Source: a virus (taxonomy: Duplodnaviria; Caudoviricetes). Taken from it: a stretch of 54,420 bases of DNA. Positions 19,778-29,718 of the stretch are shown in pieces (the stretch's first letter is position 1; the number at the start of each line of letters is the position of its first letter). A program made the translations under genes and the position numbers. The stretch lies in the IMG/VR virus record IMGVR_UViG_3300025671_000008, positions 1 through 54,420 of that record. The stretch is one strand, 5' to 3'. The notes beneath the pieces are model-generated. The model was not told the origin of the DNA and did not search any database. It saw only the letters and a list, made by a program, of their open reading frames with translations.

Positions 19778-21680
19778 CGATTTCTCCAATCTCATCCAGC
19801 AAGGACGGATCCAGCTTGTTCAAGCGATATGCGTAGGGGATACCGTTCTTGTCCTTGTAATCCCCGTCCAAAATGTGTTCTTCAGGCGTTCGATCGTCTT
19901 CGATATGTTCGACCTGACGATTGATTCGACCCTTGAGGATCGCACCGCTCATGGCCACAGTGTCCAGATGGTCGTCCTTAGCAAGGCCGCCATCCTTCAC
20001 CTCAGGGTTGAACTGCTCGATCTGATCAAAGAGATCCTTCCAATAGCGGTCCATCCGCCGCTCGAGAGGGAACTTGATCAAACCATTCTCGAACCGGAAC
20101 TGAAGGGCCGCGATCCGTGCTTCCTTGGCCACCATCCCCACTTTCAAGGGGACGACCTTGGGCAGGTAATCGACGTTGACCATCTCAGTCGCACGCTGCT
20201 TCACGATGGAATCAAGGTTCTGATAGAGGGCAATGGACTGCTTGACGACCTCAGGCCGGATCGACGGCACCCGCCATTTGCTAGCCATCTTGAACACCTC
20301 TTTGATCAGAGTGTTCTCATCGCACTGGCCCCCCCAGATATCAAGAACAAACAACTCGTTCTCAGGAGTCGCAGCCATCACCGTGCAGACTTTGAAGTCC
20401 GAATCCTTGGTCGCGGTCCAACTGGTGTCGATGGTCATGAACAGCCACGACTCTTCCAGGAATGCCGCCAGCGGCTTACTGACTTCCTTCCCCCCCACTC
20501 CCACCCAGTTCAGCAGGGTCATGCTGGCGTAAGGTGCCTCACCCAGGTACTCATCGACCTGCGAGTACTTCCAGGAGAGCGTCTCGTCCAGTTCGGGGAA
20601 GAACACGTCGTCACTGCTGCCGGGGTCAGCCATGTATTCCGACGCGAAGTTGGCCGACCCGATCATCTCCCGGATCTCTTCCAGCGAGATCCGCTCCTTC
20701 AGGCGTGGATCCGAGTTCTTCATCTCCCGGTCCACAGGCCACATTTCAGGCCAGCATGAAATCAGCTTGTTGGACTCGTCTCGGTATGCGGCCTTGATGA
20801 CCATCCGGTTCCAGTGATCAAATCGCGGATCCTTGGCTCGGACTCCCTTGGCCCCCTCCACCGTGTCCATCGCATACCAGGCGTAGTGCCGGCGTGAGAC
20901 GAACGTGGCCAACCACCGGATGCTGGTGTTGGGCCTCGTCACCATGGGCATGACCACCTTGAACAGCAGGTTGTCCATGTAGGACCGGAGAACCGACATC
21001 GAGGTAGATGCTCGAGGGTCATATTCCGGGTCATCCAAGACGTAACATCGAGGACGGCCACCTCGCTGACGACTCTCTGCCGATATCGCCCGGAACCACG
21101 AGCCGTTCTTGAGGTACATCATTTCAATACCGAATGATGCCTCGCCCCTCTTGGGGATGATTCGGTTGTCCGGGAACTCGGGCATCCAGTCTTCGTGGAT
21201 ACGAGCGTTCTCCGTGAACTGGGTCTTGAGGATCTGACCCGTCTGCTTGGCATTGTCGTTGGTCGATGTCGCGTAGATGAATGAGTAGCCTGGCCGAGTC
21301 ATCATCTGCATCAAGATGGCTTTACGGATGCAGTTGCTCTTGGCAAACCCTCGAGGCGCAATGGTGATTGACGCCCTTGCGTTGGCCCATTCCTTGTAAA
21401 TACCAAGATGCCCGTCCGGGATAGGGACGGGATCTTCGTCGTAGAACATCGGATTGAAGTCGTCCTCTTCGTCTGGAAACAGATACCAGTGATCGAAGAA
21501 GAGAACAGACGAAACGAATCTCAAAGCCTTGTCGCTCGGATCCTTCGTCGGAACAAGCCACTGACGACAAGCATTTACTCGTGCTTGACGCTGCCCGTCA
21601 GGGGTCAATGTTTCGTAATCAGGGGGAAGAGGAAAGAGAGGATTTCCCTCACTCTTCGTCGGTACTCGTTTTATCCGCAA
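19743..21680 (-). CDS. terL: Terminase large subunit
   Basis: Walker A APRGFAKS, Walker B YVLDDPE, nuclease motifs MTIDTS and DDHLD. Confidence 0.92.
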   Translation of the reverse strand: MRIKRVPTKSEGNPLFPLPPDYETLTPDGQRQARVNACRQWLVPTKDPSDKALRFVSSVLFFDHWYLFPDEEDDFNPMFYDEDPVPIPDGHLGIYKEWANARASITIAPRGFAKSNCIRKAILMQMMTRPGYSFIYATSTNDNAKQTGQILKTQFTENARIHEDWMPEFPDNRIIPKRGEASFGIEMMYLKNGSWFRAISAESRQRGGRPRCYVLDDPEYDPRASTSMSVLRSYMDNLLFKVVMPMVTRPNTSIRWLATFVSRRHYAWYAMDTVEGAKGVRAKDPRFDHWNRMVIKAAYRDESNKLISCWPEMWPVDREMKNSDPRLKERISLEEIREMIGSANFASEYMADPGSSDDVFFPELDETLSWKYSQVDEYLGEAPYASMTLLNWVGVGGKEVSKPLAAFLEESWLFMTIDTSWTATKDSDFKVCTVMAATPENELFVLDIWGGQCDENTLIKEVFKMASKWRVPSIRPEVVKQSIALYQNLDSIVKQRATEMVNVDYLPKVVPLKVGMVAKEARIAALQFRFENGLIKFPLERRMDRYWKDLFDQIEQFNPEVKDGGLAKDDHLDTVAMSGAILKGRINRQVEHIEDDRTPEEHILDGDYKDKNGIPYAYRLNKLDPSLLDEIGEIDGERDTPPSRV

Positions 21681-21987
21681 TCAGCAGTCCTTTGCCGATC
21701 ATTTCCACGGTCGCCATTCGAGCGAGGCACGCCACGAAAGTAATCGCGTGGTGCTTTACCAGGGAATGAGGAGCGATAGTCTTGTAGAGCCGATAGAACT
21801 CTTCCGTCGGCTCGTCTTTCTCAATCAGGTACGTATAGAGACGGGCACCAAACTGCTCTCGCGAGCCAAGAACCTGGTCAATGTCCTTGATGGCAAGGTC
21901 ATATAGGATCTGTCCTGCGGATCTCGCCAGGCCCATCGGACCCATTTGCCGTGCGGTCCTCACCATCTCCTCCATCTCCTTCGACAT
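21649..21987 (-). CDS. Hypothetical protein
   Basis: Likely start MSKEMEEM at 21987. Confidence 0.55.
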   Translation of the reverse strand: MSKEMEEMVRTARQMGPMGLARSAGQILYDLAIKDIDQVLGSREQFGARLYTYLIEKDEPTEEFYRLYKTIAPHSLVKHHAITFVACLARMATVEMIGKGLLIADKTSTDEE

Positions 21988-22372
21988 TAGACGGGAGATA
22001 TGCGGCTGCGAATGTAGGCTTCTCGTCGTAGATTTCTTTGAGCTTGTTTTCGGGTAGAGCAGCTGAGACGCGCGAGGCTGTTCGGGTGAGCTTGACGCTG
22101 TTTCCCGAATCTTGACTGACGGCTGTGACTTCTTGCTTTTCGATGAGTCCTGAGGCATCCGCTACTTCCTTAAGTACTTTTCGAAGCTGCCCATGAGCCC
22201 GCAGGGCAATGGACGCATCTGTATCCCTGAACAACTGTACCAAAGTACGGACCTCTTCGTGGATACTGAAGTCCACGTCTTTGAGGGCCTTACTTGCCTG
22301 GTCCACTTCGAAGAACGAAAGAACCTTGTCAGGGGGGATTTGGTGCTTGGTGATCGGGGTTTCAGGAGGCAT
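21899..22372 (-). CDS. Possible terminase small subunit
   Basis: Helical ~157 aa protein upstream of TerL; positional inference only. Confidence 0.4.
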   Translation of the reverse strand: MPPETPITKHQIPPDKVLSFFEVDQASKALKDVDFSIHEEVRTLVQLFRDTDASIALRAHGQLRKVLKEVADASGLIEKQEVTAVSQDSGNSVKLTRTASRVSAALPENKLKEIYDEKPTFAAAYLPSNVEGDGGDGEDRTANGSDGPGEIRRTDPI

Positions 22373-24285
22373 CAACCTCGGCCTCCACGGATGATCTTGG
22401 ACAAGATCCTGAGTGCCTCATCCTTGTCTACGCCGGTATCAGCAACCGAACCACTCAGCATCCGGAACAGTTCCTTGACCATGTTCTGGCTGCCTCGAGA
22501 TCGAGCTTCCTGTCGAGCCAAACCGCCCATGCCCAATCGAACCAAGTCTTCTCGGCGGGCCCGACCTTCCTTGAGTTCCTTGAGCATCCGGGTCAAAAGA
22601 ATGGCTTCTTGGTCGGCCTTAGCCGTACCCGCACGCTGGCGAGGAGGACCAAGCACCTCAAGAGGATTGCCTTGACCTGGAATCCGTTCGGGCGTGGGAT
22701 CAGGCCGAGCAGCTTCTGCCCGCCTTGCCATGAGACGACGGTTAGTCGCAGTCTCCCCCCCACGGTTCATGAGGTCTTCGTTACGTTCGCCTCCAAATAG
22801 AAACTGCCTGGCTGCCAGATCAGGTCGAGATATTGACCCGGCAGAAATTGCGGGAGGCAAGCCGGTCCTAGCCGCAGGACCTCCACCTCGACTTCGGGGC
22901 TTCTGAAGATCATCGTCATCGAAAGCGATATCAGAATCGGAGTCGAGTCCTGCTTCTCCCATCAAAGCATCAAGTGATTCCTCGGGCCTTGTCCTTGAGA
23001 AATCTCCTGCCTGAATGTCTTCAATTCGAGACAACGCTTCTTGCTCAGCTTTAAGCTTTGCAATTTTTACTTGAAGCTCTCGCTCTCTACCCGTACCAAG
23101 ACGCTGGCCTTCTGTGCGGTTTGCGATATAGCCTCGTTCACCTGAACCGCCTCGGCCTTCTCGGCGATCCGGATCAGACTCCATGAGTTCAACATCTTGG
23201 CTTTGCCGATCAAGAGCGGTTTCATCAAACTTACCCTTGCCCTTCGAGTAAGTGCCTGGCGATCTCCGCTCGGATCGGAGTTGCCTTTCTGCTACTGCTA
23301 TTTCTTTGTCAAGTTCCATTTGTCTTTGAGCGACTCGGACAACAGGATCTTCCTTTGCAGCAGCTCGGAGCTTCTTGATGTTTCGCCCAAGAGGATCTCT
23401 CTTTCGATTCGGCGAAGTCAACCCTCGGTTGGTTCGTCGAACTCCCAGATCAGAAGTAATAGAGGTAGAGGGCAAAGCTCTAACTCCTGAGTAACGGGTG
23501 TTCTCATCTACAGGTAAAGTTTCGCCCTCCGCTACTTTGCGGATCGTTTTTGGCTTTTCCCTTCTACTACGTTCTGCACGATCGCTTGCTCGAAGACCGG
23601 AACGAACGCCTTCTGGTCGTGGCCGAAATCTTGACTTTCGCTTCCGCTTCTCGTCTGAAGTTTCAAGATCGTCACTTCGAATCGCCAGCTCATCGCCAGG
23701 AAAAGTTACGGAGCGAGGATTAGTTTCGTCGAAGCTGAGACGTCCCTGGTTGTCTCTAACGGGCTCACCCACAGTGACCTTGGTAGTCGTAGGCTTCTTT
23801 TTCTTAGGCTTCTCTGCATCTCTGTCTCGTTGAAACCTTGCCTTATTGCTCCCTTTCTTTGCCGCATCTCCCTTGGTGGTTTTTACTGTTGCTCCGCCTT
23901 GCTCATACTGCTTGATTTGTTGATCGGCAACCGTGGAAGAAACAACCTTCTTTTCACCTTTGATGTCAATGGGCTCTCCATCAAGAGTAGACCGGAACTC
24001 TCTGGAAACCCGGCCATCGCTCGTGTAGGTGTAGACCACATACTTTGCAAGACGCTTTCGATTACCCCCAGATGAAACATCCTTAGGGTCAACTTTTTTT
24101 GGAAGCCTTACTGTTCGAGTCTTCGTTTCAAAAACATCAGTGTCTGGATCGCGAACTTGATCTTGTTCACGACCTGTCTGACTAAGAGAGCCCTCTGCGA
24201 TTAGAGGGTTATTTCCTGTTCGTTGGCGAATACCCGTTTTCTCAGGTTCGGGCTGAAAGATTCCTTTTCCAAAGACAACTGCCAT
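22372..24285 (-). CDS. Large Arg/Lys/Glu-rich, probably disordered protein
   Basis: 637 aa ORF coupled to neighbours; no recognisable domain. Confidence 0.65.
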   Translation of the reverse strand: MAVVFGKGIFQPEPEKTGIRQRTGNNPLIAEGSLSQTGREQDQVRDPDTDVFETKTRTVRLPKKVDPKDVSSGGNRKRLAKYVVYTYTSDGRVSREFRSTLDGEPIDIKGEKKVVSSTVADQQIKQYEQGGATVKTTKGDAAKKGSNKARFQRDRDAEKPKKKKPTTTKVTVGEPVRDNQGRLSFDETNPRSVTFPGDELAIRSDDLETSDEKRKRKSRFRPRPEGVRSGLRASDRAERSRREKPKTIRKVAEGETLPVDENTRYSGVRALPSTSITSDLGVRRTNRGLTSPNRKRDPLGRNIKKLRAAAKEDPVVRVAQRQMELDKEIAVAERQLRSERRSPGTYSKGKGKFDETALDRQSQDVELMESDPDRREGRGGSGERGYIANRTEGQRLGTGRERELQVKIAKLKAEQEALSRIEDIQAGDFSRTRPEESLDALMGEAGLDSDSDIAFDDDDLQKPRSRGGGPAARTGLPPAISAGSISRPDLAARQFLFGGERNEDLMNRGGETATNRRLMARRAEAARPDPTPERIPGQGNPLEVLGPPRQRAGTAKADQEAILLTRMLKELKEGRARREDLVRLGMGGLARQEARSRGSQNMVKELFRMLSGSVADTGVDKDEALRILSKIIRGGRG

Positions 24286-24286
24286 A

Positions 24287-25297
24287 TCAACGTCCCCCCA
24301 TCACGTAAGCAAGCAGATCCTCTGCCGACGGCACATATCCGTTTTCGTCATAAAACTGATCTACCGCGTCAGGCATAGCCTTGACGATTGCGTCAGTCTC
24401 AGCCCTGTCCACAGCAAGACGGTTCTTCAATCCTTTGGTTTCAGGAAGATCCCCCACTTGTACTTGGGGATTGGGGTCAAGCAGATCCAACATCGTTCCA
24501 AGAACAGACAAAGAGCTTCCAGGGCCAGCTGGATTAGCACTGTTCAGTACATCACCGATGCCCCTTGCCCCACTCGACCCTAAATCGATAGCTCCGCCAA
24601 CAACGTCGCTTAGCACGTCAGGGTAGAGATCAATGTCAAAAGGCGAAGCCAATAGTGCATCTCGCAGCGGACCCGCCAGTGATTCATCTAGAACAACCTC
24701 AGGAGTAAAGAGGTTGTCTCGCTCCGAAGGCACACTCGAGAACATCATGTTGGGATTGGGGTTGGGGACACCTCCCAGATCGCCTTCCATCATCCGCATG
24801 ATTTCATTGACCTGGTCCTCAGCCGTGGGAGGCCCCATGTCTGAAGGATCTCTCTCCACAAAATGTCGGCGGAGATGCATAGGAGAAGGAAGACGCCCTG
24901 GATTAGCCGGTCCAACAATACTTGTAGGTGGCGGTGATGCTTGGACTGGATCAGGCAATGTTTGAACTGACTCAGGCTTTGGGCCCAAGACAGACTTCTG
25001 GTTTCCGTTTGCGTCCGTGACAACGTGATGTTCAGGGGCTCGATTGTCAGCCTGCCGGTTAGCCGTCGCAATTCGCTGGGCCGCTGTACCCGAAGTCTGG
25101 TTCACATTCATCTCACGACGACGCGCATCAATCGCCGCCGTCTTTGCAGGATCCATGTATCCGGCAGAGGTGGCTTTCTTCTTCCTACTCGTCGCACGAA
25201 GGATCCGGGCTCGATCGGCTCGAGCCTTCTCTTCCTTTCGTCGCTCCTCAAGAAACATCGAAAAGGCGGGATCTACTGATGATTGAAGTTGCGTCAT
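24287..25297 (-). CDS. Hypothetical protein, first gene of the leftward operon
   Basis: Start MTQLQSS at 25297 with GGAG RBS. Confidence 0.65.
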   Translation of the reverse strand: MTQLQSSVDPAFSMFLEERRKEEKARADRARILRATSRKKKATSAGYMDPAKTAAIDARRREMNVNQTSGTAAQRIATANRQADNRAPEHHVVTDANGNQKSVLGPKPESVQTLPDPVQASPPPTSIVGPANPGRLPSPMHLRRHFVERDPSDMGPPTAEDQVNEIMRMMEGDLGGVPNPNPNMMFSSVPSERDNLFTPEVVLDESLAGPLRDALLASPFDIDLYPDVLSDVVGGAIDLGSSGARGIGDVLNSANPAGPGSSLSVLGTMLDLLDPNPQVQVGDLPETKGLKNRLAVDRAETDAIVKAMPDAVDQFYDENGYVPSAEDLLAYVMGGR

Positions 25298-25336
25298 TAG
25301 TGTATACTCCTCTTTGTACCCCCTACCCGAGTACCT

Positions 25337-26731
25337 ATGACCAACACGACCTCTAACAACACGCTGAGTTCGCCTGAGCCGATGCAAGTCGCGAGGCATC
25401 TCATGCGGAGCAAGTTCTCCACCCCAAACAATCGAAACGGACTCTGGTATTGGAGAGGCGTTTTCTATGAGTGGTACGGAGAAGAGTGGAAACCTCGGAC
25501 CCAGGAATGGGTGGAGTCCTCTCTTTGGAACGCACTCGAGAACCTGACCTATCAGACCGTCAGTAATGGGGTTGTGTCACAACAAAGGTTCGCACCCAAC
25601 CTCTCTAAAGTGCAGAACGTCCTGCGAGCTTTGCAGGCAATTGCAACTTTGGCCCACGAACGAGTCCCGATCTGGATGGGCGACGGAGACGCACCCAACC
25701 CCAGACACTCCATTTCGTTTCAAGACGTAATTCTCAACTGTCAATCCATCTCGTTCACCGACAGAACCGATGCGTGGTTCGACCCCCACGTCCTGCCGGT
25801 CGCCTATGACGATGGAGCTGCTCCCCCCCACACGTGGCTGCGGTGCCTGGAAGAGTGGAGCGGCGGGGACGAGAAGTGGATCACCCTGCTTCAGCGGATG
25901 TTTGGTTACTGCCTGCTCCCCCACCGGGAATACGCCAAGTGGTTCCTGTTCTACGGCAAGATCCGGGGTGGCAAGGGCACGATCATGTCCGTACTGAAGG
26001 CCCTGATGCGAGAGGGCTACATGGGCACCTGCCTGGAGGACATCGCCGGGCAGTTCGGGCTCTGGGGTATCGAACAAGCCCGAGTCATGGCCATCAACGA
26101 GGTGTCAGAAATTTCAAGCCGTGAGGGGGAGGCGGCCTGTCGAGTGCTGAAGAGCATCGTTGGCCGTGACCCCATCAGCATTAACCGCAAATACGAGCCC
26201 CCGCTGCGGAATGTGACGGTGGATGCTGTCCCCATCATGCAGGCAAACGAGATCCCGAAGCTCCCCAACAAGGGCCAAGGGTTGTCGAGCAAGATGGTCG
26301 TGCTTCCCTTCACGGTTTCCTTCCTCGGACGCGAAGATTACGGCCTCCTAAGCAAGCTTCTCAAGGAATTGCCGGCAATCGCACGCTGGGCCGTTCAGGG
26401 CGCGATCGATCTCGAGCAGGAGCCGGACCCCCGACTCAAGTTCATCATGCCTGATGCCGCCCAGGAAACGGTCGAGGAATACACCACCGTCAACAACCCG
26501 TATGACGAGTTCCTCCAAGACTTGTTCGAGGAGGCCAGCGGGGCATTTGTCGGCACGAAGGTGGTCTACGAGAATTGGAAGAACTGGTCCAAGAACCTGA
26601 AGATCCAGCAGGTGTCACAAGCCCAGTTCATTCACAAGCTGCTTCAGGATTCGACCTGGAACATCACGAAGCACCGGATCAAGAACGGCGGGGCGAGGGG
26701 ACTGAGAGGACTCAAGCTCAAGTCGCGGTAA
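25337..26731 (+). CDS. P4/D5-family SF3 helicase (D5_N + ATPase + winged helix), no primase domain
   Basis: Walker A YGKIRGGKGT, Walker B MAINEV, LKSIVGRD.I.INRKY, IMQANEIP. Confidence 0.88.
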   Translation: MTNTTSNNTLSSPEPMQVARHLMRSKFSTPNNRNGLWYWRGVFYEWYGEEWKPRTQEWVESSLWNALENLTYQTVSNGVVSQQRFAPNLSKVQNVLRALQAIATLAHERVPIWMGDGDAPNPRHSISFQDVILNCQSISFTDRTDAWFDPHVLPVAYDDGAAPPHTWLRCLEEWSGGDEKWITLLQRMFGYCLLPHREYAKWFLFYGKIRGGKGTIMSVLKALMREGYMGTCLEDIAGQFGLWGIEQARVMAINEVSEISSREGEAACRVLKSIVGRDPISINRKYEPPLRNVTVDAVPIMQANEIPKLPNKGQGLSSKMVVLPFTVSFLGREDYGLLSKLLKELPAIARWAVQGAIDLEQEPDPRLKFIMPDAAQETVEEYTTVNNPYDEFLQDLFEEASGAFVGTKVVYENWKNWSKNLKIQQVSQAQFIHKLLQDSTWNITKHRIKNGGARGLRGLKLKSR

Positions 26732-26732
26732 A

Positions 26733-27070
26733 GGTACCGGGGGGTACCACGGGGGTACCGGGGGACATGGTTCCTCCGGTGCCCTTTTTTCGTATCAAGA
26801 GCCCCGATTCTGCTGGGGGGTACCATGAGTACCACCTCTCCATAAAAGTAGAGAGGTTAAGGGGGGTAGTAAAGAGATACGCCAGGGCATGGTACCCATG
26901 GCACCCGTGGTACTTATGCGTGTGGGGGGGACAAGAACGCTGGTTCCAAATACCAAGATCCCTGGTATAGCCGCGGAATTTTGATAGCGGAACGGCCTTT
27001 CTACTAATTAGGTATACAGCAGTCAGGGGGCTCTAGGGGGGGTGGTACCACAGTACCTCTAATTACATAT
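26733..27070. other. Putative replication origin with GGTACC iterons
   Basis: GGTACC at 26733, 26743, 26754, 26819, 26891, 27044 plus variants; AT-rich tract at 27061-27078; non-coding, next to helicase. Confidence 0.6.
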
Positions 27071-27199
27071 ATATATTTACTCATACCACGCAAGGCTAAG
27101 TATTCAGACAGTTGTTTTGGTTGTTTTGGGTGATGGTATTGGGATCAGGCATTGCATTGGCTTTGCCTGGTTTTTCCTTCCTTTCACTCAGGAGTTGTC

Positions 27200-27442
27200 A
27201 TGTCTCAGAAAATCAAAGTGACAGACAAGGACCTCCGAAATGGGTATCTCGCCCATCTGGAGGCCGGTTATTGCCATGGCCAAATCTTGGCCACGCTCAA
27301 CGAGATTGCGGAAATCGTTAACGACTTCCCCAGCTCTTCCACTGATGTAGATGCAGAGAAGCGGAAGTTGGAAGTGTTCCAACTTCTTCATTCAATCCAA
27401 CGTCAACTTCACTTCGCCGTAGAAGTGAATCACGGAGATTGA
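27200..27442 (+). CDS. Early hypothetical protein
   Basis: AGGAG RBS, MSQKIKVTDK. Confidence 0.65.
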   Translation: MSQKIKVTDKDLRNGYLAHLEAGYCHGQILATLNEIAEIVNDFPSSSTDVDAEKRKLEVFQLLHSIQRQLHFAVEVNHGD

Positions 27443-27448
27443 TTGTTT

Positions 27449-27500
27449 CCCCCCTTGGGAGGCCGGTGCTGCGCCGGCCCCCCTCGGGGGGGTTTTGGTT
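27449..27500 (+). terminator. GC hairpin followed by T-rich tract
   Basis: GGCCGG-TGCTGCG-CCGGCC core with outer C/G arms, then TTTTGGTTTT. Confidence 0.55.
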
Positions 27501-27546
27501 TTGGTTGTTTTGGATGTTACTAGACCACTACACGGAGGTAGTAATC

Positions 27547-27918
27547 ATGCAAGACGTTGTAGATCTGAACTCAGGGTTTCACATCCTGGAGTTCGAGGAC
27601 TTTAGAGCAGCAGACCTGTCACAAGTCCAGAACGTCCCCATTGAAACCAATGGCGACGAAGACCACATGTATGACAAAGCGATAGTGAAATTCCAAAAGG
27701 AGTTCCACACACTCGCTGATGTCAAGACGTATGCAATCCAGTGCTTGTTGCACTTGGTTGCACACCGCCCTCGTCTACTGAATGCCCTAAGGAGTCATCG
27801 CTTCGACAAAGACTCCTTGCAGCATGTAGACCTGAGTGGTCCGAATGCACTCAAGCAAGTAAGAGCCATCCGCGTTGCAGACCTGCTCCTAGCACGAGCG
27901 GCTCATGCAACCACCTGA
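27547..27918 (+). CDS. Early hypothetical protein
   Basis: GGAGG RBS, MQDVVDLNSG. Confidence 0.65.
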   Translation: MQDVVDLNSGFHILEFEDFRAADLSQVQNVPIETNGDEDHMYDKAIVKFQKEFHTLADVKTYAIQCLLHLVAHRPRLLNALRSHRFDKDSLQHVDLSGPNALKQVRAIRVADLLLARAAHATT

Positions 27919-27919
27919 A

Positions 27920-28114
27920 ATGCGCACACATTTCAAGTGCATTTACCACGGATCTAGATTGGTTCAAGTGACCAGTTCAGATTCTCGTTATCCCGATGTC
28001 TCACAAGTTCCCCTTGTGAGCAACAGGACCACGACGACTCAAGACGTTGTGGTTCCGGCCCGTCAAGCCGAATCCATGTATCGACTTCTTCAGATTCAAC
28101 TCAAAAGAAAGTAG
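27920..28114 (+). CDS. Early hypothetical protein
   Basis: MRTHFKCIY, fills gap. Confidence 0.45.
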   Translation: MRTHFKCIYHGSRLVQVTSSDSRYPDVSQVPLVSNRTTTTQDVVVPARQAESMYRLLQIQLKRK

Positions 28115-28120
28115 GAACTC

Positions 28121-28732
28121 ATGTACTACGGTGCAACCGAGAAGGTCTGCCCCTCGCAGGCCGAGCTGTTTCGTGTCTCCAACATCACGACCAAGACCTC
28201 TGGATCGAGGTACACGACGGTGGCCTTCAAGGCTTACCCGAAGAGCAACAGCCAGGCAGACGTGCTGGTCAGTGTTCCGCCCAACACGGACGCCAAGCAG
28301 CTGGTGATGTACACGCCCGACGGACGTGCAGTCAACCCCAACGTCGAGATCCTCTTCACGATCATCGACCGACTCCTGGGCAAGACCAAGGCCAAGGCCG
28401 CAGCCAAGGCTTGGGTGAGTCACAACTCCACCACCGAACAAGGCGACTTCAACTGGAAGAAGTACCTCGAACCCTTGTACGGCATGTTCATCCAGATCAA
28501 CGTGCGTGAGACTGGAGAAGCATCATGCACCATGAACGACATGGGCATGGCACAGTTCCTTGATGGATCACCGCTGGTCGATCCTGACACCGATGCAGAA
28601 GCCAAGGAAGAGATGGTGAAGCACGTCCTTGCTCGATTCGAGACGCCGACTGATCAGAAGGCACTCGAAGACGAGTTCGGCAAGGAGAAGCGGAAGACTC
28701 CTCGCAACCGGTCCACGCCTGCCAAGGCGTGA
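28121..28732 (+). CDS. Hypothetical protein, strong codon bias
   Basis: 203 aa, AGGA RBS, followed by terminator. Confidence 0.75.
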   Translation: MYYGATEKVCPSQAELFRVSNITTKTSGSRYTTVAFKAYPKSNSQADVLVSVPPNTDAKQLVMYTPDGRAVNPNVEILFTIIDRLLGKTKAKAAAKAWVSHNSTTEQGDFNWKKYLEPLYGMFIQINVRETGEASCTMNDMGMAQFLDGSPLVDPDTDAEAKEEMVKHVLARFETPTDQKALEDEFGKEKRKTPRNRSTPAKA

Positions 28733-28751
28733 CGCAAGTATCTCCTGAACC

Positions 28752-28800
28752 AAGGGGAGACAGGCTTCGGCTTGTCTCCTCTTTGGTTTTTTTCTTTTGT
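28752..28800 (+). terminator. Rho-independent terminator
   Basis: AAGGGGAGACAGGC-TTCG-GCTTGTCTCCTCTT followed by T tract. Confidence 0.8.
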
Positions 28801-28932
28801 TTGTTGATGTGATTGATTGAGTACCAGTGGCATATCGTAATTTTTATATATCCCACTCTTACTCATACTCTCTTTACTTCTTACCTTTGGATAGGCCAAA
28901 GGTATAGTCCACGCAACTTGAAGGAATCCGAC

Positions 28933-29328
28933 ATGCACACTCGCACATGCCCCAAGTGTTCTGGTTCAGGTACAAGGTCTGGCCATCCTGATGACCCCAA
29001 CCCGTGTAATCACTGCGTTGAAGGAGTCACAGCAGAAGAGGGATACAAGCTGGTGTGGTTCGTCTACAGCGAACCAGGATATCCCGTCCTCGATAACGAG
29101 TCACACGAAGTTGCGGAAGCCGAGTTAGAGGCCATGGGTTACGAAGATCTCGACTGGAACAGACACGGAGACGCTTACGTCGGTGCTGCAATCATTGATG
29201 AGCAGACACACGAGATCATGCAGGAATCTACAAACATCGATTCCAAGTGGTTCGAATGGAATGATGACGAACCATGTGACCGAGATGCATGGCGTAAGTA
29301 CCTGGGATCTCGACCCGTGATGAGTTGA
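28933..29328 (+). CDS. Hypothetical protein with N-terminal CxxCxGxG...CxxC zinc finger
   Basis: AAGGA RBS, MHTRTCPKCSGSG...PCNHC. Confidence 0.7.
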   Translation: MHTRTCPKCSGSGTRSGHPDDPNPCNHCVEGVTAEEGYKLVWFVYSEPGYPVLDNESHEVAEAELEAMGYEDLDWNRHGDAYVGAAIIDEQTHEIMQESTNIDSKWFEWNDDEPCDRDAWRKYLGSRPVMS

Positions 29329-29341
29329 GTGATGTTGGCTC

Positions 29342-29399
29342 GAGCCCCGCCTCTCGCTGCGCGAGGCGGGGCTCTCCCCCCTCATCTCTCTTTTTTTTT
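29342..29399 (+). terminator. Strong hairpin with distal T9
   Basis: GAGCCCCGCCTC...GAGGCGGGGCTC 12-bp stem. Confidence 0.6.
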
Positions 29400-29400
29400 G

Positions 29401-29616
29401 ATTGCAGAACCTTCAGGATTAGGTGTGGACCTGGCCTGAAGGGGGGGCGTACAAACCCGTGACTTCAGGTCCACCTAACGCAAGTTCGTCGGAGTCCATT
29501 TAATGACAGGTAGCTCCTGCACATTCACGATGCCGACACCGTTCTAGCTATTGTTCCTGCCAGACGACGGTCTGTAGAGGTTGCACTAATACAATTCTAA
29601 AGCGGCATGCTGCAAT
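29401..29616 (+). ncRNA. Candidate structured non-coding RNA (~215 nt)
   Basis: No ORF in the track; ends pair (ATTGCAG/CTGCAAT); several internal stems; followed by a terminator. Confidence 0.4.
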
Positions 29617-29617
29617 T

Positions 29618-29658
29618 AAGGGTGGCACTACTAGGCCAGTAGTGCTGCCCTTTTTTTT
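29618..29658 (+). terminator. Rho-independent terminator
   Basis: AGGGTGGCACTACT...AGTAGTGCTGCCCT plus T tract. Confidence 0.85.
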
Positions 29659-29718
29659 GATATGCTGTACTCATGTACCTACCCCACCGGGTACACCATA
29701 TTCAAGGAGGCCAGACTT

